Source: Planctomycetota bacterium
GTDB lineage: Bacteria > Planctomycetota > UBA8108 > SXIK01
Length of the DNA: 64,000 nt
Reading direction: 5' to 3'
Assembly (NCBI GenBank): GCA_965223845.1
Contig: CBDCXR010000004.1
Coordinates: 1,088,001-1,152,000, forward strand
Part shown: in pieces, positions 1 through 9,582 of the stretch
Numbering within the stretch: the stretch's first letter is position 1
Layout of the letters: each line of letters opens with the position of its first letter
The notes under the pieces: generated by a model
The model's input: only the letters and a program-made list of their open reading frames with translations
Told to the model about the DNA's origin: nothing
Database searches by the model: none
Translations under genes and position numbers: made by a program

Positions 1-1518
1 GAGCTTCTCGGCGTCCGGCGCGTTCCTAGGAACGAGGAGTCGCTCGGCCGCCCGCCGCGTGCCTCGGTCCTCGGTACGGACGCCCGTGACGAGTCGCGAC
101 AGCAGACCGACGGCCACCATGTTGATCCCGCCGCGATTCGCGTCCGGACCTCGATTGGCGTAGATGCCGATGCCGTCGGGAGTGAGCGCGTGCGCGAGAT
201 AGCGGCGGAGGCGCTGGCGGAGGTTGTCGGGGACGGGCACTCCCGCCCGCTCGCTAGCGGCGAACGCCATCGCCTGCCAGCCGGTGATCGAGAGATCGTT
301 ACGTCCGCTCGCGGCATCGGTGTAGTCCCAGCCTCCGCCCTGTTGCGTGCTAGCGGAGTACGCGATCGCCCGGCGCAGCGCATCGCGGTAGCGGTCCGTC
401 CCGGTGAGCTCGTACGCCTCCGCGAGCGCCAAGGTCGCGATCGCGTGGTTGTAGAGATAGGTCGAGCCGCGCAGCCCGATTCCGCCCGACGATCTTTGGT
501 CCGCGAGGAGAAACTCGAGGGCGCGCTCGACCACGTCCGCGTAGCGGCTCTCCGCGGAGTTGCTCGTCGGAGTGTGACCGGCACCGAGGAACGCGAGAAC
601 GGCCAGCGCAGTGACGCCGCAGTCGTAGTCCGCGCTTCCGACTCCGCCGCACGGTACGCTGTCGCCGCAGTGACGCGTGAAGCTGCGCGCGCTCCACCGG
701 CCGTCTCGATCCTGATGGTCCGCGAGCCAGCGGAGACCGCGGTGGACCGCGTTCTCGGTGCCGAGAGAGCCGCCGTAGCGCCGAAGTGCATCGCCCTTCC
801 CCCGTCCCCGTCGGTGGGCCGTCCCCTCGAGTCGAGAGCCGACCGGCGGAGTGGTGATTCGCCCGGGCAGCGGCGGCGGTGCCCCGCCGAACCCGAGCAC
901 GGACGGCGCGCGGACGGCCGGAGGCGCCTCGGCGACCGCGGTGGCCGGCGGGATCGGCTTCGCCGGGGCGACGAGTGGCGCGGCCGGAGGGGGATCCGAC
1001 GGCTCGGATCGCTCCTCGGCTTCGCCTTCGACCGGTCGCTTCTCGGGGCGCGGCGTGGGTTCGGGCGCCGGCGGACGAGCGCGTTCGCGCCAGCGGACGG
1101 TGATGGGAAAGTCGGTCCCGTTCGGCCGGGGGGCGCGCTCCGGGATGATGATCGAGAGGAGGACGAGGAGAATCGCGGCGTGGAGACCGACCGAGATGCC
1201 CCAAGCGACGATGCCTCTCCGGCGACCGCGGGGACGCGCACGGCGCGTCGCCGACTCTCGCTCCCGCCGGCTCCGTCCTCGCTTCGGCGGGGGACGCCGC
1301 CGGGTTGTCCGCCGTCGCCTCGGCCAGAGGCCGCGCCGGGGCGCGCCTCGGCGCGGCGGACCTCGCTTCTCGCCCCCGGCCATCGCGCGGACCACCTTCC
1401 GAACGCCGTCGGCTTCACGCCCGAGCAGGAGATCCAGCGTTCGTTTGAGGCTTCGCATGCGCGCTCCATCGAGTTCGCGCGAGGGGCGGGGAATCGAGCG
1501 TTCGGTCGCGGAGGCCAT
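1..1518 (-). CDS. Membrane-anchored prenyltransferase/squalene-oxidase-repeat (alpha/alpha-toroid) protein; 3' end runs off the window
   Basis: Absent from the ORF track because it has no stop in the window. Manual translation: ATG at 1518 after a GGGAG RBS; TM segment GISVGLHAAILLVLLSIIIP; Pro-rich linker; then TENAVHRGLRWLADHQDRDGRW, YLYNHAIATLALAEAY and QQGGGWDY...NDLSITGWQAMA repeat motifs. Confidence 0.85.
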   Translation of the reverse strand, partial: MASATERSIPRPSRELDGARMRSLKRTLDLLLGREADGVRKVVRAMAGGEKRGPPRRGAPRRGLWPRRRRTTRRRPPPKRGRSRRERESATRRARPRGRRRGIVAWGISVGLHAAILLVLLSIIIPERAPRPNGTDFPITVRWRERARPPAPEPTPRPEKRPVEGEAEERSEPSDPPPAAPLVAPAKPIPPATAVAEAPPAVRAPSVLGFGGAPPPLPGRITTPPVGSRLEGTAHRRGRGKGDALRRYGGSLGTENAVHRGLRWLADHQDRDGRWSARSFTRHCGDSVPCGGVGSADYDCGVTALAVLAFLGAGHTPTSNSAESRYADVVERALEFLLADQRSSGGIGLRGSTYLYNHAIATLALAEAYELTGTDRYRDALRRAIAYSASTQQGGGWDYTDAASGRNDLSITGWQAMAFAASERAGVPVPDNLRQRLRRYLAHALTPDGIGIYANRGPDANRGGINMVAVGLLSRLVTGVRTEDRGTRRAAERLLVPRNAPDAEKL

Positions 1519-2292
1519 TGTCTCCCTTTTGGGGGACGATCGCCCTCTTCTCGATCTTCACGCCTCAGCTCGGATTTGGCCCCCAATTTGGCGGGAAGTT
1601 CAGGCGGGGATTCTACCCGCTTCGAGCGGCCGGACCGACTTCCAGACCCCAAACGAGCCCGATCGCGCAGCCCCGGGATCCCGCGGGAGGTCCGGCCGGA
1701 GCCCCGCGGGCGAGCTATCGAGAGCGGCGGCGGGAACCGTCTGGAGGAGGCTCGACGTTCTCTCCCTATTCAGCGCCTCGAGGGGCGTTACAATGGGAGC
1801 TTCACCCGGTGTGGACCGGGTTAGATTTTTGCTTCCGATGCATCTACCCGAGGGGTAAGATCTCGAAAGACTCCAGAATGTCCTTTCTCGTGGAACGGCT
1901 CCAGCTTACGGTTTCGACGAGAACGGACAGGACGACTGAAAACTTCTCCGACTCCCGAAAAGCGCAAGGCCGCGGTCCGCGCTTCCTTCATGTTGCTTCC
2001 CCGTTTCGCTGTCGACGCGGACACCATCCGACGTCTGACTTCGGCGAGGCAAGTGAACTAGGAGCTGCATCGCGATGAAGCTCTGTCGTTTTTCGTGCTC
2101 CCGCCTTTCTGTTCTCTCGCGTCGATCTCGTGCCGTCTCCCGGTCGCACCGCCGTAGGTGTCGCCTCGTGCGTACTACGACGGCGATCGCCGGGAGTCCT
2201 ATGAACGAGTTCCGTGGCGAGGGTACGTGCGGTGACGCGCAGCGACTTCAGTTCGGGGGAATCGGGTTCTCAATAAGGAGGATGGGTTTCCG

Positions 2293-5200
2293 ATGCGCAT
2301 AAGATGCCTGACGCTCTGGTGCGTTCTCAGCTTGATCGTGTCGCTCGGCTGCGAGTTCGACAGCAGCAACAGCGGCTCGGGCGGCGGCTCGGTAGGTCCC
2401 GGTCCGGGCACGACCGGCGCGGGCGCCGGACCCGGCACGGGGGGGCCGGCGATCACCGCTCCCATCCTCCTCGACATGGTGTTCCAGGGTGATGGAATCT
2501 GCCCTGGCGACGAGGTCACACTGATCGGGCTCAACTTCTCGTCGGACCTCGCGGAGAACGTCGTGACGTTCGCCGCGGGCGTCACGCGGATTCGCGGGCT
2601 TCCCCTCCGCGTCGTCTTTCCGACGGACGACGAGGCGTCGAACGGCCTCGAGTCGCGGCTCACGGTCATCGTCCCCTCGGGCGTCGTGAGCGGAAACGTT
2701 GAGCTGAACGTAGGTGGAATTCCGGCGGGTGCTCGCGGTTTCACGGCGTGCCCCCAGATCATGGCCGTCACGATCGGACGGAACCGCGACGTCGAGGCGA
2801 TGCCGTTCCTCGGTCCGCTCGGATTCGATGCCCAGCGTTCGTTCCTCGAGCTCCACGGGATCAACTTCGGCGAGATCCAGCGCGTGCGGCTCTTCGACTC
2901 GCAGGGAAACGAGGCGAACATCCCGACGAACACGATCCAGCGCGGCGTCAATCAGGGCGGAAACCCCTTCGACCCCGACGCGCCGCCCCCGACCGGGTAC
3001 AGCGTCATCGGGTTCAATCTGAAGGACGATCGGAACGACGTCCCCCTCAGCTTCCCCAATTCCCGGGACAACATGCAGGTGCAGATCGTCGGTCCGGGAG
3101 GGTCGTCGAATATCGTCGAAGTCCCGATCTTCGACGAATCGACCGGTCAGACCGTCGATACGAATCCCGACAACCTCGGCCTCGTCATCAACGGCGTGAA
3201 AGTCCCGACCGGAGTTCGTTCGGGACCCGTTCGAATCCGTTACTCGGTCTACGACGGTCAGGTGAACGCCGCCTGGCGCCTGAACTTCGAGTGGAAGCTC
3301 CTCGAAGATCCCGCCGACGCCTGGCGCATCGCTCGACCGCTCGAAGAGGACGTTCTCCACGACGGCGTCGAGGGCATCCTCGGTGGCACCATTCGCCATC
3401 CGAGCGGTCACCGTCTCTTTCCTGGCGGCGGTACCGTGCGCACGTTCACTTGGGACGCGCAACACGACATCGTCCTCTGTCTACTTGCGGAGGATCAGCC
3501 GATCGAGGACACGCGGCGCGATTTCGCGATCCAGTTCCGCATTCGTCCGGAGATCGACATCGCGGATGCGACGAGAAACATCCGTCTCGACCACACCTGG
3601 GAAACTCCGACGATCGTCTACTACTACATGGAGGATCTCAACGGCGCCGAGTTGGCCGCCAGCGATCTCGACAAAGTCGTCACCGAGGGTTTCCAAGACG
3701 ACGTGCTCGAGGACGCGGAGACGACCGCGCGCTGGGGACCCCCGTCGAACATCGGAGCGCTGATCGGAAGTCTCCCGCAGACCTTGCCGGCGACGTTCGG
3801 TGAGGGACAGGAAGACATCTTCCTCGCCAACCAGCCGCTCGATCCGGCGCTGATTCAGTGGTGGTCGATCGACACCACTCGAATGACGATCTCGTTCAAC
3901 ATCCTCGATGACCAGGGCACGCCGGCCGATCCAAACGACGACATTCAGCAAATCGAGCCGCTCGATCACTTCAACCCTGGTCGAGATGACTTCGAGTTTC
4001 ATTTTCGATCCCTCACGATCGATCCGGATGTCATCGTGCTCGTTTTCGGTGAAAACCCGCTCGTCATTCGTCTCTCCGGTACGGGGAACGATGACGACAT
4101 CGTCTTCCAGTGCGATGGCATCCTGGATTGCGATGGGGTCGACGGCGAATCGACTCCGCGTTCGCTGAGTGCGAACGCCTCCCACATCGGCGGCCGCGGA
4201 GGGATCGGCGGTCCGGGAGGAGGACCCGGCGGCCAGGGCGGTACGCTCGTTCTCGCGAACTCGTCGTTCAACGCGCGCGTCCTGGAGATTATTCTCGCCG
4301 GGGCCGGCGGAAACGACGGGGGCTCGGGCGGGGAGACCACCGCCGCGGTCGAGTTCACGCCGGATGCGGTTTCGCAGTTTTGGGGGGCTCCGGGAGGCGG
4401 TGGTGGCCACCGGCGCCCCGGGGGTGATGGCGATACCCAGTTCCCGAAGCCCGTCGAATACCAGCCGGCTCGCGCCGGTCTCGGTGGTCCGGCTCGCGGC
4501 GAGCCCGCGCAGCTCGAGCAGACGGCTGGATCGGGAGGCGGCGGTGGCGGTGCGTCGATCGGCCGAGTTGGTGTCAACGGGATTCCGACCGGGCTCGTCA
4601 CCGGAGGGGCCGGCGGCGGCGGCGGCGGCGGCGCCGTGCGAATCGTCGCGAGCGGTTCCGTTCGCGTGGGGGGCACCGGACTCGTGAGCGCTGCCGGAGG
4701 CGACGGTGGGATCAGTGGAGGAGATCGGCTCGAGATCCCCGGCGGTGGACAATCTCCGCCCGTGACCGCGGGTGGCCCCGGAGGGGGCGGCAGCGGCGGG
4801 AGCATCGTGATTCGGGCGACCGGATTCGTTGACGCCGGCTGCGAAAGCCTGAACGTCGACGGCGGCGCCGGCGGGATCGCCGGTCGCGTGCAGAACGGAG
4901 TCATCCGCCGGAGCGATGTGAACTTGATCGCTGGATCCGGCTCTGGTTCCCCCGGTTGGATCCGAGTGGAAACGCTGAACGGCGGGTCGCCGAGTTGCGC
5001 CGCGTTCTACGCTGCAACGACCTCGACCGACTGTATCGCCGCGGACGATTCTGTTCTCCCCGTCGCCTCGGTGGAGGGCTTCCCCCCGTCCGGGACGATC
5101 CTCGTCAGCGGCGAGGTCGCGACGACGAGCAACTCTGGCGCGTGCCGTGACACGGGTACGGGCGAATTCGCGACGGAGGAAATGTTCTACGTCGCCGTCG

Positions 5201-7110
5201 ACCCAGTCGCGACGACGCTCACGGTTCAGCGGGGACTGAATGGCACGACGGCGCGTCCGTTCATCGGCGGCGCGAGCATCACATTCAAGGGCGCGATCGT
5301 TCCTCAGGATACGGCCGTCCTCGCGGGCGGTGGGGTCGTCCCGTCGCCGGATGACGTGACCCCCGGGGCCGGACGCGATGGCGAGCTCCACGTCCGGTTC
5401 ATCCCGAGCACGGATCCCGACACCGGCCTGCCGCTCGAGGACCCCGATACCGGCGAGACGATTTCGCTGTGGGTCTTCGACACCGACGTCGGTGCGCTCA
5501 CCGATCCGAACGGCGATGTCGTGCTCGAGGTACGCACGGCGCAGACGAACCCGGGATTCATGGATCTCACCCGTCTCGTCATCGATCAGAATGCGACGCT
5601 TCGCGCGCAAGGGACGCGCCCGTTGATCATCTCGGTCGCCGGCGACGCAGAAATCTCCGGGGCGATCGATGTCTCGGGCTTCGCCGGTGGGGCGCTGCGG
5701 TTCTCGACGGCGGATCCGACCCGACCCCAGCCCGGATTGGGCGGCGGGGGAGGACCCGGCGGCGGAACCGGAGGTGCGGGCGGCCACATCGTCTACCGCA
5801 ACGGCGACGCGAGTGACAAGGATCCCGCGAACACGATTCCCGTGAGCGGCGAGGCTGGTGCCCTTCCCGCCGGAGTTCCCGAAGAGTGGGACATGACGCC
5901 GGTTCCGTACGGAAACGGCGGTGGCGAGAACCAGGCGGTCGTCTTCCCGGCGACCACTCGCGCGATCCCGGGTGCGAGTGTTCGCGGACAGAACTGTCTC
6001 CCCTGCGAGGAAACCGCGGGCGGTGGCGCCGGGGGCGGAAACAACGGTCGCGGAGCCGACGGCGGAGCGGCCGCGGCATTCCCGTCTCAGCTCGCCCCGG
6101 TCGACGCGGCCCTTCACGGAAGTGGAGGCGGTGTGTTCGGCTCGCAGCTCATGCGCTACGAAGGTGGGCTCTTCCTCTTCGGCGCGCCCGGAGGTTCGGG
6201 CGGAGGCGCGACCCCGCACACGTCGTCGTTCTACAACAACGGAATCGCGGCGCCCGGAAGCGTGCTCTTCGGCGGGCGCGGCGTGAGCGTACCGCGCGCC
6301 AAGGAGGCACCTGGGACCGGAGGCGGAGGAGGAGGAGGTTGTCTCTACATCCTCGCTCAAGACTTCTTCCTTCGGCCGGGCGGGCGCATCCTCGCTCGCG
6401 GTGGCGACGCATTCCAGAGCATCGACCTCGGCGGGAACGGCGGCGGCGGGGGAGGCGGAAACGTCCTGATCCGCGTCGCGAACTCGCTCACGCTCTCGCC
6501 GTCGGCGTCCGTCGACGTCAGCGGCGGACGCGCGAACCTCGCCGTGCCGATCGACCCGGGTCAGCAGCTTCCGCTCTACGAGGGCAACCTCCACGGGGCG
6601 AACAACGATCCGGCGCAGTTCGGCTTCTACGGTGGTGTCGGCGGAAACGGCGCGATCGGACGCGTTCGCATCGAAGCGGACCGCGCGTCGCTTGCGATTT
6701 CGTCGGGGCTCAATCCCTATCTTTCGACCGGTCCGTTCCTCCTCGACACGTTCGGCTCGGTCGGAGTCTCGAAGGCCATCGAGCTCGGAGTCGGGCCCGG
6801 AAACGCCGTGTTCGCGACGAATATTTCGCTCTCGGCCAGCTCGGTTCGCTACCACGACTTCGGCCAACCGCTGGGAACGGATTCAGTCGTCGTTTGGGAA
6901 GGAGCCGACGAGAGCCTCGATCGTCACGGCCTCGCGGGTCCGTTCATGCAGCGGATCGATGATCCGCGGCAGCTCGAGTTCAATCAGTTCACGCGGTTCC
7001 GCGTGAATCTGATCTCGAGCTCGTCGGCACAGGAGAGTCAGTCGGTGCGCCAGATTCAGCTCCGCTACTCGTACGCTCCTCGTCCCGACACGGATTGTCT
7101 CTTCCGCTGA
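2293..7110 (+). CDS. Large (1605 aa) secreted glycine-rich lipoprotein, putative surface/adhesin protein with an N-terminal IPT/TIG-like domain
   Basis: Signal peptide with lipobox (LIVSLG-C) and upstream AGGAGG RBS. IPT-like segment PGDEVTLIGLNFS...VTF...LTVIVPSGVVSGNVELNVGG. Two long polyglycine-rich modules. Confidence 0.85.
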   Translation: MRIRCLTLWCVLSLIVSLGCEFDSSNSGSGGGSVGPGPGTTGAGAGPGTGGPAITAPILLDMVFQGDGICPGDEVTLIGLNFSSDLAENVVTFAAGVTRIRGLPLRVVFPTDDEASNGLESRLTVIVPSGVVSGNVELNVGGIPAGARGFTACPQIMAVTIGRNRDVEAMPFLGPLGFDAQRSFLELHGINFGEIQRVRLFDSQGNEANIPTNTIQRGVNQGGNPFDPDAPPPTGYSVIGFNLKDDRNDVPLSFPNSRDNMQVQIVGPGGSSNIVEVPIFDESTGQTVDTNPDNLGLVINGVKVPTGVRSGPVRIRYSVYDGQVNAAWRLNFEWKLLEDPADAWRIARPLEEDVLHDGVEGILGGTIRHPSGHRLFPGGGTVRTFTWDAQHDIVLCLLAEDQPIEDTRRDFAIQFRIRPEIDIADATRNIRLDHTWETPTIVYYYMEDLNGAELAASDLDKVVTEGFQDDVLEDAETTARWGPPSNIGALIGSLPQTLPATFGEGQEDIFLANQPLDPALIQWWSIDTTRMTISFNILDDQGTPADPNDDIQQIEPLDHFNPGRDDFEFHFRSLTIDPDVIVLVFGENPLVIRLSGTGNDDDIVFQCDGILDCDGVDGESTPRSLSANASHIGGRGGIGGPGGGPGGQGGTLVLANSSFNARVLEIILAGAGGNDGGSGGETTAAVEFTPDAVSQFWGAPGGGGGHRRPGGDGDTQFPKPVEYQPARAGLGGPARGEPAQLEQTAGSGGGGGGASIGRVGVNGIPTGLVTGGAGGGGGGGAVRIVASGSVRVGGTGLVSAAGGDGGISGGDRLEIPGGGQSPPVTAGGPGGGGSGGSIVIRATGFVDAGCESLNVDGGAGGIAGRVQNGVIRRSDVNLIAGSGSGSPGWIRVETLNGGSPSCAAFYAATTSTDCIAADDSVLPVASVEGFPPSGTILVSGEVATTSNSGACRDTGTGEFATEEMFYVAVDPVATTLTVQRGLNGTTARPFIGGASITFKGAIVPQDTAVLAGGGVVPSPDDVTPGAGRDGELHVRFIPSTDPDTGLPLEDPDTGETISLWVFDTDVGALTDPNGDVVLEVRTAQTNPGFMDLTRLVIDQNATLRAQGTRPLIISVAGDAEISGAIDVSGFAGGALRFSTADPTRPQPGLGGGGGPGGGTGGAGGHIVYRNGDASDKDPANTIPVSGEAGALPAGVPEEWDMTPVPYGNGGGENQAVVFPATTRAIPGASVRGQNCLPCEETAGGGAGGGNNGRGADGGAAAAFPSQLAPVDAALHGSGGGVFGSQLMRYEGGLFLFGAPGGSGGGATPHTSSFYNNGIAAPGSVLFGGRGVSVPRAKEAPGTGGGGGGGCLYILAQDFFLRPGGRILARGGDAFQSIDLGGNGGGGGGGNVLIRVANSLTLSPSASVDVSGGRANLAVPIDPGQQLPLYEGNLHGANNDPAQFGFYGGVGGNGAIGRVRIEADRASLAISSGLNPYLSTGPFLLDTFGSVGVSKAIELGVGPGNAVFATNISLSASSVRYHDFGQPLGTDSVVVWEGADESLDRHGLAGPFMQRIDDPRQLEFNQFTRFRVNLISSSSAQESQSVRQIQLRYSYAPRPDTDCLFR

Positions 7111-7140
7111 TCGACGAACGTCCGTAGGGGTGGAAACCGA

Positions 7141-7182
7141 AACCGGTGGCGAGCTCGACCTGAGCTCGCCACCGGTTTTTTT
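7141..7182 (+). terminator. Rho-independent terminator, possibly bidirectional
   Basis: Perfect 16-bp stem AACCGGTGGCGAGCTC / GAGCTCGCCACCGGTT with a 5-nt loop, followed by a T run, 30 nt after the stop of the 1605-aa gene. The upstream flank is A-rich (GGAAACCGAAA). Confidence 0.9.
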
Positions 7183-7232
7183 CGTTCCCTGAGCGGGTGA
7201 CCGAATCTGCTGCGCGATGCGACGGGCGCAGG

Positions 7233-7241
7233 TGGTACAAT
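7233..7241 (+). promoter_or_regulatory. Putative extended -10 sigma70 promoter for nusB-ftsY
   Basis: TGgTACAAT, 70 nt upstream of the nusB ATG and just downstream of a terminator. Confidence 0.5.
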
Positions 7242-7302
7242 CTCGGCCTTCCGGCCGGCGGGCCGCTTGCCGAGCGGACCTGCGTCCCCGGCCGAGCGAG
7301 AC

Positions 7303-7311
7303 GGCGGAGCG
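7303..7311. repeat. 9-bp inverted repeat, left copy (GGCGGAGCG; also contains the nusB RBS)
   Basis: Exact reverse complement of 9082-9090 (CGCTCCGCC); immediately precedes the nusB ATG. Confidence 0.6.
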
Positions 7312-7761
7312 ATGCGCAAACGATCACTCTCCCGAGAAATCGGGCTTCAGACCCTCTACCAGTACGATCTCCAGAGTCAGGCCGACCCGGACCTCCGTCT
7401 CACGGTCGACGACTTCGAGGAGTTCATCACCGAGTCGACGGACGACCCCGAAGTCCGCGTTTTCACGCGGCATCTCGTCGACGGCGTGCTGGGTCGACTC
7501 GAATCGCTCGACGCCCGCATCGCCGAGGTCTCCGAGAACTGGCGACTTCACCGAACGGCGGCAGTGGATCGATGCGCGATCCGAATCGGCCTCTACGAGC
7601 TTCTCCACTCGCCCGAAATCCCGCCGAAGGTCGCGATCAACGAGGCGATCGATCTCGCGAAGAAATACTCCGGGGAACAGTCGGGCGCGTTCGTGAACGG
7701 GATTCTCGATCGCATCTACGATCTCGAGGGAAAGGTGACGGCGTCGAAGACCGCTCCCTGA
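7312..7761 (+). CDS. nusB: Transcription antitermination factor NusB
   Basis: [17 protein letters not shown]; NWRLHR...[12 protein letters not shown]; [30 protein letters not shown]. Confidence 0.95.
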   Translation: MRKRSLSREIGLQTLYQYDLQSQADPDLRLTVDDFEEFITESTDDPEVRVFTRHLVDGVLGRLESLDARIAEVSENWRLHRTAAVDRCAIRIGLYELLHSPEIPPKVAINEAIDLAKKYSGEQSGAFVNGILDRIYDLEGKVTASKTAP

Positions 7762-7889
7762 TCGCAGGTCTCGCGGGCGCGACTCGTCGGTGGGCCGGCG
7801 TGCGCGACGGGAGACACGCAGGTGTGATGCGCGGCGCGTTCGCCGTCGTCGAGCGCCACGTTCGGGCGGAGTGAGAGACGGACAATCTC

Positions 7890-9080
7890 ATGTTCAAGAA
7901 GTGGTTCGGAAAAGAGAAACGTTCCGAGGCGGCGCCGGCGAGTGAGGCCTCGAGCGGAGCCGACCGGGACGCGGGCGGCGCCGTCGTCGACGAGGCGCCT
8001 CCGCCTCCCGAGTCGGAAGCCGACGAGCACGCGTCGCCCGGCGTCCCGGAGGAGTCGAGCTCGGCGACGGCCACGGACGGCGACCCGGCGAGCCCACCTG
8101 AAGACTCGACCTCGACGACGACGGACGCCCCCCCGCCTTCCGTCGAAGAGGAAACGCCGAAGAAGAAGTCCCGCTGGGCTCGCTTCGCGGCCGGGCTAGC
8201 GAAGACGAAGAAGAATCTGACCACGCTCTTCAGTCTCCGCCGAGCGCTCGACGACGACTACCTCGACGAGCTCGAGTCGGAGCTCTACGGCGCCGACTTC
8301 GGGCCCGCGGTCGTCGCCCAGCTCATGGACGGAGAAGACGGAGTTCGTCCGGCTTGGAAGAGGAAGGAGATCGCGAACCCGGAAGACGTTCGTGGATACC
8401 TGAAGACTCAGCTCCGCGCGCAGCTCGAGCGTCGGGACGGCGGCATCGCGCGGGCGACGACCGGACCGACGGTGATCCTCGTCTGCGGCGTGAACGGAGC
8501 CGGAAAGACCACCTCGATCGCGAAGCTCGCGCACCGCCTTCGCGCCGAGGGGCACTCGGTCGTTCTGGCCGCGGCGGACACGTTCCGGGCGGCGGCCGTC
8601 GAGCAGCTCACGATCTGGAGCGAGCGGATCGGCGCGGACATCGTCACCGGAGACTCGGGCGCAGATCCAGCGTCGGTCGCCTTCCGTGGCGCTCAGAGGG
8701 CCGTCGAGACGGACGCGGACTATCTCATCGTCGACACCGCGGGTCGACTTCACACGCAGAAGAACTTGATGCGCGAGCTCGGCAAGATCCGATCGGTGCT
8801 CGGAAAGCAGATCGCGGAGGCTCCCCACGAGGCGCTTCTCGTTCTCGACGCGACCACCGGACAGAACGCGCTCAATCAGGCGCGCCTCTTCGGCGCCGAG
8901 GTCGACGTCTCCGGCCTCATCATCGCGAAGCTCGACGGGACGGCGAAGGGCGGGATCGTCGTGGCGATCAACAACGAGCTCGACGTGCCGGTCAAGTTCG
9001 TCGGGCTCGGGGAGAAGGTCGAAGACTTCGCCACCTTCGACTGCGAGCGCTTCGTCGAGGCTCTCTTCGACTCGGAGTGA
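7890..9080 (+). CDS. ftsY: Signal recognition particle receptor FtsY
   Basis: Acidic N-terminal region; GVNGAGKTTSIAKLA, DTFRAAAVEQL, DTAGRLHT and KLDGTAKGG motifs. Confidence 0.97.
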   Translation: MFKKWFGKEKRSEAAPASEASSGADRDAGGAVVDEAPPPPESEADEHASPGVPEESSSATATDGDPASPPEDSTSTTTDAPPPSVEEETPKKKSRWARFAAGLAKTKKNLTTLFSLRRALDDDYLDELESELYGADFGPAVVAQLMDGEDGVRPAWKRKEIANPEDVRGYLKTQLRAQLERRDGGIARATTGPTVILVCGVNGAGKTTSIAKLAHRLRAEGHSVVLAAADTFRAAAVEQLTIWSERIGADIVTGDSGADPASVAFRGAQRAVETDADYLIVDTAGRLHTQKNLMRELGKIRSVLGKQIAEAPHEALLVLDATTGQNALNQARLFGAEVDVSGLIIAKLDGTAKGGIVVAINNELDVPVKFVGLGEKVEDFATFDCERFVEALFDSE

Positions 9081-9081
9081 G

Positions 9082-9090
9082 CGCTCCGCC
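9082..9090. repeat. 9-bp inverted repeat, right copy (CGCTCCGCC)
   Basis: Starts 2 nt after the ftsY stop; exact reverse complement of 7303-7311. Confidence 0.6.
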
Positions 9091-9102
9091 CCAGGGTTCG
9101 AC

Positions 9103-9582
9103 TCAGTCCGGATCGCCCGCATCCATCGCGCGGTAGAGATTCGCCATCTGAGCCGCCGCGGCCGCCGCATCGGAGCCCTTGTTCCCCGCCTTCGTTCCCG
9201 CTCGCTCGATCGCCTGCTCGATCGTGTCGGTGGTGAGGATCCCGTAGATCACCGGGACGGGTGCTCCCCGTGCGACTGCGGCTACGCCCTTCGCGGACTC
9301 GCCGGCCACGTAATCGAAGTGCGGCGTCCCCCCGCGGATCACCGCCCCGAGGCAGATCACGGCGTCGTAGCGGTTCGCGGCCGCCACCCGCTCGGCGACC
9401 GGCGGGATTTCAAACGCCCCGGGCACCCAGAAGGTGTCGATCGCGTCCACGTCCGCGCCGAGCTTCGAGAGCGTTCCCTTCGCCCCGCGGACGAGGTGCT
9501 CGACGATGAAATCGTTGAATCGCGACGCAACGATCGCGAACGTGCGGCCGGATGCGTTGAGTGTGCCTTCGTATTCGGTCAT
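9103..9582 (-). CDS. ribH: 6,7-dimethyl-8-ribityllumazine synthase
   Basis: [48 protein letters not shown]. Confidence 0.97.
   Translation of the reverse strand: MTEYEGTLNASGRTFAIVASRFNDFIVEHLVRGAKGTLSKLGADVDAIDTFWVPGAFEIPPVAERVAAANRYDAVICLGAVIRGGTPHFDYVAGESAKGVAAVARGAPVPVIYGILTTDTIEQAIERAGTKAGNKGSDAAAAAAQMANLYRAMDAGDPD

Noticed and set aside
190-1824. 544-aa plus-strand ORF
   Set aside because: Antisense shadow in the same codon register as the real minus-strand gene (1-1518); no recognisable motifs.
1519-2292. Small ORFs or ncRNA in the 770-bp divergent intergenic region
   Set aside because: Candidate ORFs lack motifs and convincing RBSs. Only a short hairpin (1805-1820) and isolated -10-like hexamers were seen, too little to call.
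4180-6660. PE-PGRS or collagen-like annotation of the glycine-rich protein
   Set aside because: No PE domain, no regular GGAGG/GGNGG or Gly-X-Y periodicity; the glycine runs alternate with hydrophobic strands.
3481-6867. 1128-aa minus-strand ORF
   Set aside because: Antisense shadow of the 1605-aa gene. Long open antisense frames are expected from high-GC codon bias.
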